NCBI GenBank assembly: GCA_045612485.1
Contig: JAZKZE010000030.1
Location: 2,386-66,385 of the forward strand
From: Victivallales bacterium
Lineage (GTDB): Bacteria > Verrucomicrobiota > Lentisphaeria > Victivallales > UBA1829
DNA length: 64,000 nucleotides
Reading direction: 5' to 3'
The stretch's first letter is position 1; the number at the start of each line of letters is the position of its first letter. Of the stretch, positions 9,689-19,896 are shown one piece after another. Under the pieces are notes generated by a model, which ran no database searches, had not been told where the DNA came from, and worked only from the letters and a program-made list of their open reading frames with translations. A program made the translations under genes and the position numbers.

Positions 9689-11014
9689 TTACTTTCCTGC
9701 GGTCAAAGTATTGACAATAATGCAATTTTTTACATTTTGCCTGCCGGATTGATAAACGACCGGAGTTGTTTGCGGATTATGATTTATCACATTGGAAATG
9801 ATGGAATCCTGCAAACTTCCGGCAATCAGTATGGGATTTTTGGAATAACTGATAACGTTGCTGATCTGTATTCCATAAGTATCTCCCAACGGAGTGACTC
9901 CGCCCCATTTTTTATTATTGTCGCCGATTTTTATGGTTGCTGCATTCCTGTGACCGGCAGGGGAAGTATCGATCACACCGTCACAGATAACATTGTAGAT
10001 TTTTATCCCCCTTGTATTGAGAAAACGGATGATATGGTGTCTGCCGACGCAATACCCGCGAACGTTTCGGATGGTGATATTACAAATATCTTCATCGGAA
10101 ATCGTTTTATTTCCGCCGGGACGGTGTTGTTTTGAGGATATTGCAGTCAGAGCGATCAAATCATCTCCGCTGTTGCCTGTAATATTTTCTATCAATATAT
10201 TCCGGCATCCCCGCCGCAGATCAAGTCCGTCCTGATTGCGGAAAAGTTCCCATTTGCCATTGACGTTTTTGCCGTTGCGGGAATCAAATTCAATATTCCT
10301 GACCCGTCCGTTGGTACACGCTTCCAGAGAGATCCCCCAGCTGTGCGAATCCCGGATGCGGATATTTTCAATAGAAAAATCATGGGTTTTTGTCAATAAT
10401 ATCCCAATGTTGCGCCAGTCGCCTTTCTGACGTACTCCCGCTTTTCCTGCGTCAGTGCCGAAACTTACCGAACCCTCCGGAATAAATCCAGGCTTATACA
10501 GTGGTTTGCCGCTGTCTCCGGTGGCACGGGGAATATCCGCACCTTCAAGAACAGCGTTGCCGATGCCGGTGATATGGATGTTTTTCAAAGGGGAATTTGT
10601 TTTGTGATTCCACATTCTGTTGGCACTGCGGATCATATTATCCCGGCAGGAATTGCTTAATTTGATCGTGGTATTGTCAATGATAAGCCGGACATTACCG
10701 GGAACAAGTATTGCTGAATCAATGACCCAGATATCCCGTTCCTCCATTGTGCTTGTTCCATTACCGCTGCTGCATTGGACCGGGGGGCGTCTTTTACCGA
10801 TGCGGACAGTTCCGTTACAGCTGCCGGCATCTTTCAATGCTGCATTGATCCTTTCTATATCACTTCCGGAGTAACTGTTCGGATCAAAAAAACTATTTTT
10901 GATAATGAGGGGATTTTTCTGTGCGGCACCGGATGAAACACTGGAATTCCCCTTTGTGCTGCAACCCTGAAACAATAAAGCAGCAAATATTGAAAGCAGA
11001 AAAAAAATTCTCAT
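9689..11014 (-). CDS. Pectin-lyase-fold lipoprotein, GH28-like
   Basis: Lipobox LFQG-C, beta-helix repeats, NQDGLD and SGDD resembling the GH28 NTDG/DD motifs. Confidence 0.7.
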   Translation of the reverse strand: MRIFFLLSIFAALLFQGCSTKGNSSVSSGAAQKNPLIIKNSFFDPNSYSGSDIERINAALKDAGSCNGTVRIGKRRPPVQCSSGNGTSTMEERDIWVIDSAILVPGNVRLIIDNTTIKLSNSCRDNMIRSANRMWNHKTNSPLKNIHITGIGNAVLEGADIPRATGDSGKPLYKPGFIPEGSVSFGTDAGKAGVRQKGDWRNIGILLTKTHDFSIENIRIRDSHSWGISLEACTNGRVRNIEFDSRNGKNVNGKWELFRNQDGLDLRRGCRNILIENITGNSGDDLIALTAISSKQHRPGGNKTISDEDICNITIRNVRGYCVGRHHIIRFLNTRGIKIYNVICDGVIDTSPAGHRNAATIKIGDNNKKWGGVTPLGDTYGIQISNVISYSKNPILIAGSLQDSIISNVINHNPQTTPVVYQSGRQNVKNCIIVNTLTAGK

Positions 11015-11389
11015 AAAGTCCCTCTTGATATAAAAAATACAAAACAGACCATTATTTTAACATATATTCCCGATTTTTCAAACTTTCAAATGATAAACTG
11101 TTGAATATTTGCCAAAGGAATGTGCCGGATATAAGAAGGATCAAAAAATCTGATAATATTATTGAAAAAATACAGAAATCCCTGTAAATTCCATTTTTTA
11201 CAGGTAGTTGCAGCAATCTTTTGCTCTGGTACGGTAAAACATTTTGCTTTAACGGGTACACGCTTCTGCTTTTATAATCTGCGACAGACTTTTTTACTGA
11301 AAAATTTTCTCTGTTTTCTTGATTATTTACCTGAAACGTGGTATTGTATCAGGAGTCTTTCCTGTACAGAATCTCAATAAGAGGGTATT

Positions 11390-13030
11390 ATGATTCTTTA
11401 TCTTGTTTTTGGTCTTTTTATCGGAGGAGCGGCATCTTTTGCCGTGGCGTACTTTTATTTCAAGGCAAAAACTGCCTCCCTTGTTTCCAATGTACGCAGT
11501 ATGGAGGAATTTACAACATTGGAAGAAGAAAAAAAATCATTGGAAAATCTTCTTCATACCGGAAATATTGAACTTGCCAGAAAAGAACAGGATCTGGAAA
11601 ATCTGAAAAGAAATACAGAAACGGAAAAAGCCCTTCTTGTATCCTCCCACGAAAGAGAACTGGATACTGCTTTAAAAAATATGGAGGAAAAACTGCTTCT
11701 GGAACGTAAAAATGCTTCCGGAGTGTTGGAAGAGACAAAGAATTTCTATGAGGAGAAACTTGCCCTTGAGAAAAAGAATTCTGCCGCGATCCTTGAAGAA
11801 GCCGGAAAAACTTTTGAAGCGGAAAAATCTGCTTTGTGCAATACGATAGAAGCAATGAAAAAGACCTTTGAAGAGAATAAGGAGGAAGCGGAAAAAAGTT
11901 TCCGTGTACGTACAGATCTTCTGAAGGAGGAATTCAAAGTCCTTTCGGAAAAGATCCTTTCGGAAAAGTCTGCTTCTCTGCAAAACAATAATAAGGAACA
12001 ATGGACGGAACTTCTTGCCCCTCTCAATGAAAAAATGCTTCTTTTCCGCAAGGCTGTGGAAGAAAGCAGGGAAAAAGAGGTGGAGCTCAATACCGCTTTG
12101 CGTACAGAATTATCCCGGATGGCGGAGGAAACAAGAAAGATCGGACTGGATGCGGATAATCTGGCAAAAGCTCTGAAAGGGGAACAGAAAACGCAGGGGA
12201 ATTTCGGGGAATTTCTGCTGGAGGATCTGCTCAACCGCAGCGGTCTTGTGAAAGGGGTGCATTATGAGTCACAGGGGACGATCCGGGATGATGCCGGAAA
12301 TGCTGTGATCAATGAACTCAATAAAAAGATGCGTCCTGATGTGATCATCCATTATCCCGATGGAAAAGATCTCATTCTTGACAGTAAAGTAAGTCTTACC
12401 GCCTATGTGGATTATATGAATGCGGAAAATGATTCTGACAGAAAAAATGCTCTGGCAAGACATATTTTAAGTGTACGCAAACATGTGGATGAACTGGATA
12501 TGAAAAATTACAGTTCCTATCTGCATCTTGCAGACCGGGAAACTATTGATTTTGTGATCATGTTCATCCCCAATGAAGGACCTTTCCGCCTTGCTATGAC
12601 GGAAGCTCCCTCACTGTGGGACGAAGCATTCCGCAAGAAAGTTATGATCATTTCCCCCACCAACCTTGTGGCACTTCTGCGTCTTATCCATATAGCCTGG
12701 ACAAGGGAGGAACAATCCAGAAATCAGCGGGAGATCCTGGATACGGCAACAAAACTTCTGGACAGACTTTATGCTTTTTACAAAGAATTCAATGATATTG
12801 GCGAAGCACTGGAAAAAACAACGGATACCTACCATAAGGCAGTGCGCCGCCTGAAAGGGGAGGGCAAATCCCAGAGTGTAGTGAAGGCTGCGGAAAAACT
12901 TGTGCTTCTCGGAGTGAAAAAATCCAAAGAGCAATCGCTTCCCGCAAGACTGGTACCGGATGAAGGTGTTCTGGAGCTTGTGGAGGATGTTTCCGCCGCA
13001 AAAGGGGAAACTTCTGAAGAAAAACTTTAA
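11390..13030 (+). CDS. rmuC: DNA recombination protein RmuC
   Basis: N-terminal TM, long coiled coil, KTQGNFGE, RPDVIIHYP, LDSKVSL, DFVIMFIPNE, SPTNL. Confidence 0.92.
   Translation: MILYLVFGLFIGGAASFAVAYFYFKAKTASLVSNVRSMEEFTTLEEEKKSLENLLHTGNIELARKEQDLENLKRNTETEKALLVSSHERELDTALKNMEEKLLLERKNASGVLEETKNFYEEKLALEKKNSAAILEEAGKTFEAEKSALCNTIEAMKKTFEENKEEAEKSFRVRTDLLKEEFKVLSEKILSEKSASLQNNNKEQWTELLAPLNEKMLLFRKAVEESREKEVELNTALRTELSRMAEETRKIGLDADNLAKALKGEQKTQGNFGEFLLEDLLNRSGLVKGVHYESQGTIRDDAGNAVINELNKKMRPDVIIHYPDGKDLILDSKVSLTAYVDYMNAENDSDRKNALARHILSVRKHVDELDMKNYSSYLHLADRETIDFVIMFIPNEGPFRLAMTEAPSLWDEAFRKKVMIISPTNLVALLRLIHIAWTREEQSRNQREILDTATKLLDRLYAFYKEFNDIGEALEKTTDTYHKAVRRLKGEGKSQSVVKAAEKLVLLGVKKSKEQSLPARLVPDEGVLELVEDVSAAKGETSEEKL
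11684..11815 (+). repeat. Two diverged 66-nt (22-aa) tandem units within the RmuC coiled coil
   Basis: EEKLLLERKNASGVLEETKNFY followed by EEKLALEKKNSAAILEEAGKTF. Confidence 0.6.
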
Positions 13031-13047
13031 CGGAATAAAGAAATATT

Positions 13048-13917
13048 ATGATCGATCTGCATACACACAGCACCGCTTCCGATGGCAGCGATACTCCCTC
13101 TCTTCTTGTGGAAAATGCTGTCAGAAAAGGACTTTCTGCCATAGCCCTTACGGACCATGATACAGTAAGCGGACTTCCTGAATTTCTGAAAGCAGGGGAA
13201 AATGCTCCCCTGAAAGTCATTCCCGGCGTGGAGCTTTCCAGCAGAGGGGAGAACCGGGAGCTGCATATAGTGGGATTGTTTATAGATCACGAAACGCCGT
13301 CCCTGCTTGCTTTTCTGGAAAAAATGCGGGAAAGCCGGAAAAAACGTAATGAAGAGATGCTTATAAGACTTAATGTGATCGGTTTTCCCCTTACATGGGA
13401 AGAACTTGTAAATGAGGCAGGCGGGGAAAGTATCGGAAGGCCCCATTTTGCACAGGCGTTGATCCGTAAAGGATATTTCAAAACTCCGAGAGATGTATTT
13501 GAACAATGTCTGAAAAGGGGGAAAAGAGCTTATGTTCCAAGGGAACTGCCTTCCCCCGCCGAAGCCATCAAAGCCATACATGAGGCAGGCGGAGTGGCGA
13601 TTTGGGCGCATCCGGTAAGTCATAACAGCGGAGGAAGCGGCAGAAGTCATGTGAGAAGATGTCTTAAATACCTGATCCCGGAAGGGTTGGACGGCATGGA
13701 AACATATTACTCCCAATTCACACCGGCCCAGCATGAAATGGTAATGGAACTTGCCGGAGAGTATTCCCTTTTATCTTCCGGCGGGAGTGATTATCATGGA
13801 AAAAATATTCCTGATCTGGCTCTGGGGACGGGTATGGGGGATCTTGTTGTACCTGATGAACTGCTTTCCACTCTGGAAGCACGGTGGAAAAAGCGTTATG
13901 AAGACGGAATGAAATAA
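13048..13917 (+). CDS. PHP domain metal-dependent phosphoesterase (YciV/TrpH-like)
   Basis: DLHTHSTASDG, ALTDHDT, PGVELS, GRPHFA, WAHP, SGGSDYHG. Confidence 0.9.
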   Translation: MIDLHTHSTASDGSDTPSLLVENAVRKGLSAIALTDHDTVSGLPEFLKAGENAPLKVIPGVELSSRGENRELHIVGLFIDHETPSLLAFLEKMRESRKKRNEEMLIRLNVIGFPLTWEELVNEAGGESIGRPHFAQALIRKGYFKTPRDVFEQCLKRGKRAYVPRELPSPAEAIKAIHEAGGVAIWAHPVSHNSGGSGRSHVRRCLKYLIPEGLDGMETYYSQFTPAQHEMVMELAGEYSLLSSGGSDYHGKNIPDLALGTGMGDLVVPDELLSTLEARWKKRYEDGMK

Positions 13918-13918
13918 A

Positions 13919-14587
13919 ATGGAACTGCCCTTTGTTGATGCACATACCCATTCATTGCCTGAAAAGGAGGATGTCCTTGCATGTGTCGATCTTTCCTCTT
14001 ATGAAATATTGCCCGGATTTTCCGCAAAGAAAGTTCTTTTTTCTCTGGGGATACATCCGGCAAAAGCGGAAGTGGAAAATATGGAACACCTCCTCCGGAA
14101 AATAGAAAATGCTCCCATGTATTCCGCTGTGGGGGAGTGCGGTATGGATAAATACCTGCCCATAGATCTCTCAAAACAGAAGAAACTTTTTTTACAGCAG
14201 GCTCTTCTTGCTTATGAAATGGAAAAACCCCTTGTCATCCATTGTGTGAAGGCGTGGGATGTTCTTTATGAATGTGCAAAGAAAGTTCCGCAGAAAAAAG
14301 AGAGAAAATGGCTTATCCACTCTTTCCGGGGGGATCTTCCCCTTGCGGAAGATCTTTTGCGGCACGGCTTTACTCTTTCACTTGCTCCGCAGATGATAAA
14401 AAATATGCCGCAGAGAGTTGAATTGATGAAAAAAATCCCTTTTGTACTGGAAACAGATGATTCAAAAGAGGATATGGATGTATTGTATCAGAAAACAAGC
14501 AAGTCCTGCAATATAAAAATGGCAGAACTTAAAGAAAAGACTTACTCTCTTTTCTGTGAATTTTATAATTATTCTTCAAGGGGATGA
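13919..14587 (+). CDS. tatD: TatD family hydrolase (short form)
   Basis: DAHTH, GIHP, GECGMD, IHC, IHSF, LETD. Confidence 0.85.
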   Translation: MELPFVDAHTHSLPEKEDVLACVDLSSYEILPGFSAKKVLFSLGIHPAKAEVENMEHLLRKIENAPMYSAVGECGMDKYLPIDLSKQKKLFLQQALLAYEMEKPLVIHCVKAWDVLYECAKKVPQKKERKWLIHSFRGDLPLAEDLLRHGFTLSLAPQMIKNMPQRVELMKKIPFVLETDDSKEDMDVLYQKTSKSCNIKMAELKEKTYSLFCEFYNYSSRG

Positions 14588-15363
14588 GAATGGTAAACGA
14601 TATGGATGAAAACAGGTATTTCCCTTTCTGTGAAGAGGAGTCCTGGCAGGCAAGGACGGATCTTCTGCTGGGAAATGAGAAAGCGGAAAGATTACGGAAG
14701 AGTCACGTTCTTGTTATCGGGCTTGGCGGAGTGGGCGGTCTTGCTTCCGAAATGATCTGCCGTGCCGGAATAGAAAAAATGAGTATTGCTGACGGGGATA
14801 TTGTGGAAGCAACCAACCGTAACCGTCAGTGTGCCGCATTGACAAGTACCGTGGGAAGAAGCAAGGCGGAAGTCATGGCGGAAAGACTTCTGGATATTAA
14901 TCCGGAACTGGAATTATTTGTGTACAATGAATATTTGCAGGAGGAGAAAATGGTGGAATTGCTCCTTGCGGAAAAATATGATTGCGTACTGGATGCCATT
15001 GATACCATTGCACCCAAACTGCTTCTGGCAAAGACCTGCCTTATCCATAAGATCCCTCTGGTAAGCTGTATGGGATCGGGGGCAAGAATGGATCCAACGA
15101 AGATCACCATAGCAGACATCGGCAAAACATATAACTGCCCCCTTGCCGGTTCCATACGCAGACAGTTGCGGAAAGAAAATTTCCATAAAGGTTTCAAGGC
15201 AGTTTTTTCCACGGAAAATGCCATAAAAAGTGCTGTAGTGGAATGTTTTTCAAGAAATAAACGCTCCAATACGGGAACGATTTCCTATATGCCGGCAGCC
15301 TTTGCCTGTCATTGTGCAAGTGCTGTCATTGAAGAATTGCTGAAACATATTGACAATAAATGA
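14584..15363 (+). CDS. tcdA: tRNA threonylcarbamoyladenosine dehydratase (ThiF/MoeB family)
   Basis: GLGGVGG, TNRNRQ, DAIDT, MGSGARMDP, CPLA, GTISYMPA. ATGA overlap with tatD. Confidence 0.88.
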   Translation: MRMVNDMDENRYFPFCEEESWQARTDLLLGNEKAERLRKSHVLVIGLGGVGGLASEMICRAGIEKMSIADGDIVEATNRNRQCAALTSTVGRSKAEVMAERLLDINPELELFVYNEYLQEEKMVELLLAEKYDCVLDAIDTIAPKLLLAKTCLIHKIPLVSCMGSGARMDPTKITIADIGKTYNCPLAGSIRRQLRKENFHKGFKAVFSTENAIKSAVVECFSRNKRSNTGTISYMPAAFACHCASAVIEELLKHIDNK

Positions 15364-15374
15364 AAGGAAGAAAA

Positions 15375-16175
15375 ATGAAATTTGTTTATCCGGGACCGGC
15401 TTTTAATGTATCCTGTCACAATCACAGTTCCTGGAGTGACGGGGGCAGTCCCCTTGAAGAGGTCTGCCGCAAAGGGAAAGAGATGGGCTTGAAAGTTCTG
15501 GGAATGTCGGATCACTATGTACTGCCTCCCGGGGAAGGGTATGATTCTGAAACATGGAGTATGAAATTATCCCGTCTGGAAGAGTATATAGAAGTATTGC
15601 AGAAGATGAAGAATGAATTGGAAGATGACACATTCTCTTTGAAAATCGGTCTGGAAGTGGACTTTTTCTTTGAAAATATTGATGAACTTCTTGCAAAATT
15701 ATCTTTCTATCCACTGGATTATCTCATTGGTTCTGTCCATTATTCCGGAAAGTTCCCCATTGACCACAGCAGTGAGGACTGGGTGGGGTTGAGTGAAAAG
15801 GATAAAGAGGATATCTGTACAGAATATTATGACAAACTTGCCGCGGCAGCTTTGCGCAAGGAGTTCCTTTTTATCGGACACCTGGATCTGCCGAAAAAAT
15901 TCGGACTCATTGATAATGAAAAATACTTTCCCCACGCATTGAAGATTCTGGATAATCTTGCCGTAAGCGGTATCGGAATGGAACTTAATACCGCAGGATG
16001 GTATAAAGAGTGTAACGAACAGTATCCCTCCCTTGCTATTCTCAAGGAAGCCAATAAAAGAAAAATCCCTGTGATCGTCAATGCGGATGCCCATGATTCC
16101 GGTCATTTGAAACGCAGTTTTGAACAGGCATCAAAAGTTCTGAAAGAGGCAGGATACCCTGACCGTCCTTTCTGA
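15375..16175 (+). CDS. Histidinol-phosphatase, PHP (HisJ-type) family
   Basis: CHNHS, SDH, GLEVD, IGSVH, GHLDLPKKF, ELNTAG, DAH. Start moved to ATG 15375 after AAGGAAG. Confidence 0.8.
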   Translation: MKFVYPGPAFNVSCHNHSSWSDGGSPLEEVCRKGKEMGLKVLGMSDHYVLPPGEGYDSETWSMKLSRLEEYIEVLQKMKNELEDDTFSLKIGLEVDFFFENIDELLAKLSFYPLDYLIGSVHYSGKFPIDHSSEDWVGLSEKDKEDICTEYYDKLAAAALRKEFLFIGHLDLPKKFGLIDNEKYFPHALKILDNLAVSGIGMELNTAGWYKECNEQYPSLAILKEANKRKIPVIVNADAHDSGHLKRSFEQASKVLKEAGYPDRPF

Positions 16176-16203
16176 AAAAATGACAAATATAAATACAACA
16201 TTT

Positions 16204-16238
16204 ATCCTGTGAAGAAGAATTTCTTTGCAGGATTTTTT
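16204..16238. terminator. Hairpin between convergent genes, probable terminator
   Basis: ATCCTGTGAAGAA-GAAT-TTCTTTGCAGGAT followed by a T run. Confidence 0.55.
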
Positions 16239-17394
16239 ATTTTCCGTTCAGGGCTTTCCGCAAGCCTTCCCCGGCAAAATTGAAGGCACATACCGTAAGA
16301 AATATGGCAAGACCCGGATAAAGCATCAGATGAAAATAACTTAAAGGATCCGGATATGCCTGACGCAGAAGTTCCCCCCAGCTTGCTGTGGGATCCTGTA
16401 CGCCGAAACCGAGAAAACTTAACGAACTTTCCGCAAGGACCGCTCCCGCTACTTCAAAGGAAAATGTAACAAATATGGGCCCGGAAACATTGGGCAGAAG
16501 GTGTTTGAAAAGGATCTTGCTTACCGGCAACCCCATACATTCACAGCTCTGGATATATGCCATTTTTCTCTGTTTCAGAGTTTCCCCGCGGATCAGGCGT
16601 GCCAGTGCCGTCCAGGAGGTCAGCCCCAGAACGGTGATGACAAGAAGGATGGACTGCCTTGAACCGTAATCCAGCAGAATGGTCATTAAAATAAGTAGAA
16701 GCAGAAAGGTGGGAAAGCAGATGACGATCTCCACAAACCGCATCAGCAGCAAATCCATTTTTCCGCCATGATAGCCGCAGACCAGTCCGGCAAGAGTCCC
16801 GAAAAACAGGGAAAGAAGTGTGGCTCCGAAGCCCACAGCAAGAGATACTCTTGCTCCATAGATCATTCTTGCAAAAACATCTCTTCCCGCCTGATCTGTT
16901 CCGAATATATGTTTTCTGCTGCTTTTTTCATAAGGGGATCCATTCATTTCAAAAGGTCCGTAAGGAATAGCGGCAAACAAAGCAAAATCCGGACTTTTCA
17001 GATTGGCAGTCATCTCCTTCCAGGGGGTTTTATCTATCCTGCTTCCGTTAAAAAGAAAGGGCAGAAGCAGGAGAAGAAAAAGGATGCCGGAAGAAATGAA
17101 AAAGGATTTTTTTCTCTTTTGAACAGGAAAAACTCTGCATAACAGAAAAAGAATCCCGGAAAGTGGAAGAAAAAGCATAAGGAAATTCCAGCTTTTTTCC
17201 ACAAAGATTTCCGGGCTTTCCGGAGTGAAAAGAGCAGAAAATGCCGGACTGGATAATTTGCCCCCTATATAAAGAAGAAGTGGTTTTTCATTGGCAAGTA
17301 GCGGAGCAGATACGGCACAGAAAACAAGTAAAAAAATGATTACAAGCCCGGTAACGGCAAGAGGATCTTTTCTGAAGTTTTTCCATGTCCGCAT
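16237..17394 (-). CDS. Peptide/nickel ABC transporter permease (OppC/DppC-like)
   Basis: FGTDQAGRDVFARMIYGARVSL, ARLIRGE, HLLPN, ESSLSFLGFG, SWG. Confidence 0.9.
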   Translation of the reverse strand: MRTWKNFRKDPLAVTGLVIIFLLVFCAVSAPLLANEKPLLLYIGGKLSSPAFSALFTPESPEIFVEKSWNFLMLFLPLSGILFLLCRVFPVQKRKKSFFISSGILFLLLLLPFLFNGSRIDKTPWKEMTANLKSPDFALFAAIPYGPFEMNGSPYEKSSRKHIFGTDQAGRDVFARMIYGARVSLAVGFGATLLSLFFGTLAGLVCGYHGGKMDLLLMRFVEIVICFPTFLLLLILMTILLDYGSRQSILLVITVLGLTSWTALARLIRGETLKQRKMAYIQSCECMGLPVSKILFKHLLPNVSGPIFVTFSFEVAGAVLAESSLSFLGFGVQDPTASWGELLRQAYPDPLSYFHLMLYPGLAIFLTVCAFNFAGEGLRKALNGK

Positions 17395-17411
17395 TATTCT
17401 TCCTTTCCTTT

Positions 17412-18314
17412 TTATTGCAGCAGGGCAATAAGAACAAGTCCGGTAACGATGAGAATGAGTCCCAGCAATTTGGGTTTGCTTGCCTTCTCATGCAGAATGA
17501 TGACTCCGGCAAAAAATCCCAGCGGCAGACTCATCTGCCGGAATGCCTGTACGAAACTTACATTGGTGACAAAGGCAAAGGCAAAAAGAATCAGTGCATA
17601 CGCTGCCGAGCCGCTCAAGCCGGCAATAACGGGGGAGAGAGGAGCTTTCAGAAGTTCTTTAAGCGCACATCTTTCCTGTTTGTTGCACATGACAAAAATA
17701 CATTCGCCGATAAATAACCCAGCTTCCATAAGAAAGAGATAGGAGAGAGTATCCACAATATTGAGTTCCCCCCGCATTTCTCTGACGATTTTTATGGCAG
17801 AACTGTCAAAGAGTGTATAAAAGGTCGTTCCGCTTGCTGCAAGAAGAATGAAAAATATGGTTTTATTGAAATAGCGGGAGAGAGCAAAGTCCCGGAAATT
17901 TTTTAACGGCATGAGAAGACAGCCTGCTGTAATAATGACCATTCCGCCAAGAGCTGCCAATGAAGGAGTTTTGCCAAGTCCGAAAATAATGGTGATCGCC
18001 GCAATGATAAGAACCGGCAACGCTCTTACTACCGGATAGACATAGGATATATCCGCACTTTTGTAACTTCTTGCCAATCCCAGCATATAAATAATTTCCC
18101 CAAAGATACTCAACAATAAAAAGAAGAAAAATTTTCCCGGCATCCGGAAAAAGGGGATTTCACAGAAACAGAATACGGGCAGCCACATGAGAGTAGCCAC
18201 AAACCCCATGATCATATAAAACGCCATGGAAGGATTACTTTTCTTGGAAAGCATATTCCATGTCACGTGCAGAAAAACAGATGCCAGAATAAGAAGAAAT
18301 GCCGGAACAGTCAT
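17412..18314 (-). CDS. EamA/DMT family transporter
   Basis: HVTWN, YPVVR, YTLFD, AFRQ, LHEK, about 10 TM segments. Paralogue of 54237..55145. Confidence 0.85.
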   Translation of the reverse strand: MTVPAFLLILASVFLHVTWNMLSKKSNPSMAFYMIMGFVATLMWLPVFCFCEIPFFRMPGKFFFFLLLSIFGEIIYMLGLARSYKSADISYVYPVVRALPVLIIAAITIIFGLGKTPSLAALGGMVIITAGCLLMPLKNFRDFALSRYFNKTIFFILLAASGTTFYTLFDSSAIKIVREMRGELNIVDTLSYLFLMEAGLFIGECIFVMCNKQERCALKELLKAPLSPVIAGLSGSAAYALILFAFAFVTNVSFVQAFRQMSLPLGFFAGVIILHEKASKPKLLGLILIVTGLVLIALLQ

Positions 18315-18350
18315 AGGAAAAGTTCAGTTGTTATTACATGTTTACAGTGT

Positions 18351-18394
18351 AAAAGGGGGAAAGGAATACTTTCAGAAAAAGTACTCTTTCCCCC
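18351..18394 (-). terminator. Intrinsic terminator after aspartate kinase
   Basis: Imperfect stem GGGGGAAAGGAATACTT / AAGTACTCTTTCCCCC, with AAAA on the left (U-tract on the minus strand). Confidence 0.55.
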
Positions 18395-18418
18395 TGTCAG
18401 ATATAATGGAACCGGTTT

Positions 18419-19828
18419 TTATGCCTTCTGCTGTTCCACGAATTCTCTGTGGAGAGCGATCTGGGCGGTCTTGAACTGACTGCGGTCAATAATGAACTGG
18501 ATGTTCACCTGACGCATCACCTGATCCAGTGCAAGAACATTGATCCCTTCATTCCAGAGAGCCGTTGCCGCTCTGGCAAGGAATCCGGGGATCTTCATAT
18601 TGGTTCCGATAACGGAAACAATCGCCACTTCCTGTTTGGAAATAATGGCATGAGGCAATACTTTTGCAAGTTCTTCCAGGAACTCGTTCAATCTTTTTGC
18701 CTTCTGCGGCAGGTAGTGGGTAATGGTATTGGCATTGGTGTTTTTTGCAATGTAACTGATCTTGTATTTAGCGAGTACGGAAGTGATCTTGTTGTCATAA
18801 CCGCACTCGCTTACCATGTCATGATCATGCACCTCAATGGCGATAATGTCGTTGCGTCCGCAGATCATTTCCACTCTGGGAACAGGGGAAACATAGTTTA
18901 CAGAAATCAGAGTGCCGGGGTGTTCCGGATCGAAAGCATTTTTCACACGGATGGGGATCTCTTTAAGTTCCATATCCTTGGCGGCTTTTGCATGGATGGC
19001 TTCCATATCCATATCGGACAACTGGTCGGCAATGTCAAAGGAGGTTTCCCCGATGACCTGTACTTTATCCACGCCCATAAGTTTGGGATCGCCGGTGGAA
19101 AGATGGAATTCCTTGTGGATGATCCCTTCTTTTGCATCAGTGAGAACGGCAATGCGGCTGAAGGTGATCTCACTGTAGCCACGGTCATAGCGGCGCATGA
19201 TCCCTTCATCATATTTCACATAGCCTGTGACAATGGGCATTTCCGTTGCAAAGTCGATTCCTTTGAATGCGGAAAGAATCGCTTCGTCAAAGGTGAGAAT
19301 ATCGGTACTCATCCAGCCGGAAAGATCTACAAAACGGGCATTGACGCCTCTTTTCTGGAGAATGAGAGTGGAGTTGTAGGCACTGTGGGCTTCCCCGATG
19401 GCAGCAAGAAATTCTCTGGTGGAGGGAAGGTATTCAGAGGGTTTCAGGTGACCTGCCGTACGCAGAAACATCAAATGTTCCAGGCAGGAACGGATCCCGT
19501 TGATGCGTTCATTTACAAAAGCATCCGCTTTTTCCAGATCCAGACCGATATCTGCAAAACTTTTATTGTATTCCAGCATTTTTTCACGCACGGTTTCCAG
19601 TGCATCTGTCCAGCGGGAATTGCCGGCGGCGATCTGACCGAAAACACCGGGCGCGCCGGTTTTCTTGTCTTCCAAGAGAAGATTGGTGATACTGGAGTAG
19701 GCAGAAACAACAAACACTCTGTTGTAAAGTTCCGCACCTTTTCTCTTACCAATGATCACATTTTCCATGACTTCGCCGAAACGGCTCATGGAAGTACCGC
19801 CGATTTTTTCAATGGTATGCTGTCCCAT
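18419..19828 (-). CDS. Aspartate kinase resembling the ectoine-associated Ask_Ect type
   Basis: HTIEKIGGTSMSRF, VVSAY, GEAHSA, DRGYSEITF, IHKEFHLS, C-terminal ACT domains. AGGAGG 11 nt before ATG 19828. Confidence 0.9.
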   Translation of the reverse strand: MGQHTIEKIGGTSMSRFGEVMENVIIGKRKGAELYNRVFVVSAYSSITNLLLEDKKTGAPGVFGQIAAGNSRWTDALETVREKMLEYNKSFADIGLDLEKADAFVNERINGIRSCLEHLMFLRTAGHLKPSEYLPSTREFLAAIGEAHSAYNSTLILQKRGVNARFVDLSGWMSTDILTFDEAILSAFKGIDFATEMPIVTGYVKYDEGIMRRYDRGYSEITFSRIAVLTDAKEGIIHKEFHLSTGDPKLMGVDKVQVIGETSFDIADQLSDMDMEAIHAKAAKDMELKEIPIRVKNAFDPEHPGTLISVNYVSPVPRVEMICGRNDIIAIEVHDHDMVSECGYDNKITSVLAKYKISYIAKNTNANTITHYLPQKAKRLNEFLEELAKVLPHAIISKQEVAIVSVIGTNMKIPGFLARAATALWNEGINVLALDQVMRQVNIQFIIDRSQFKTAQIALHREFVEQQKA

Positions 19829-19896
19829 AATTGACAAAGCCTCCTATGAATAATATTATTGATGTTTATATTTTGTAAATTTTTGAAATCATCTCA

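Noticed and set aside
11052..11389. Small ORFs, and a TACGGTAAAA word shared with 23249
   Set aside because: The ORFs lack an RBS and coding-like composition. A 10-bp match in AT-rich DNA is too weak to call an operator.
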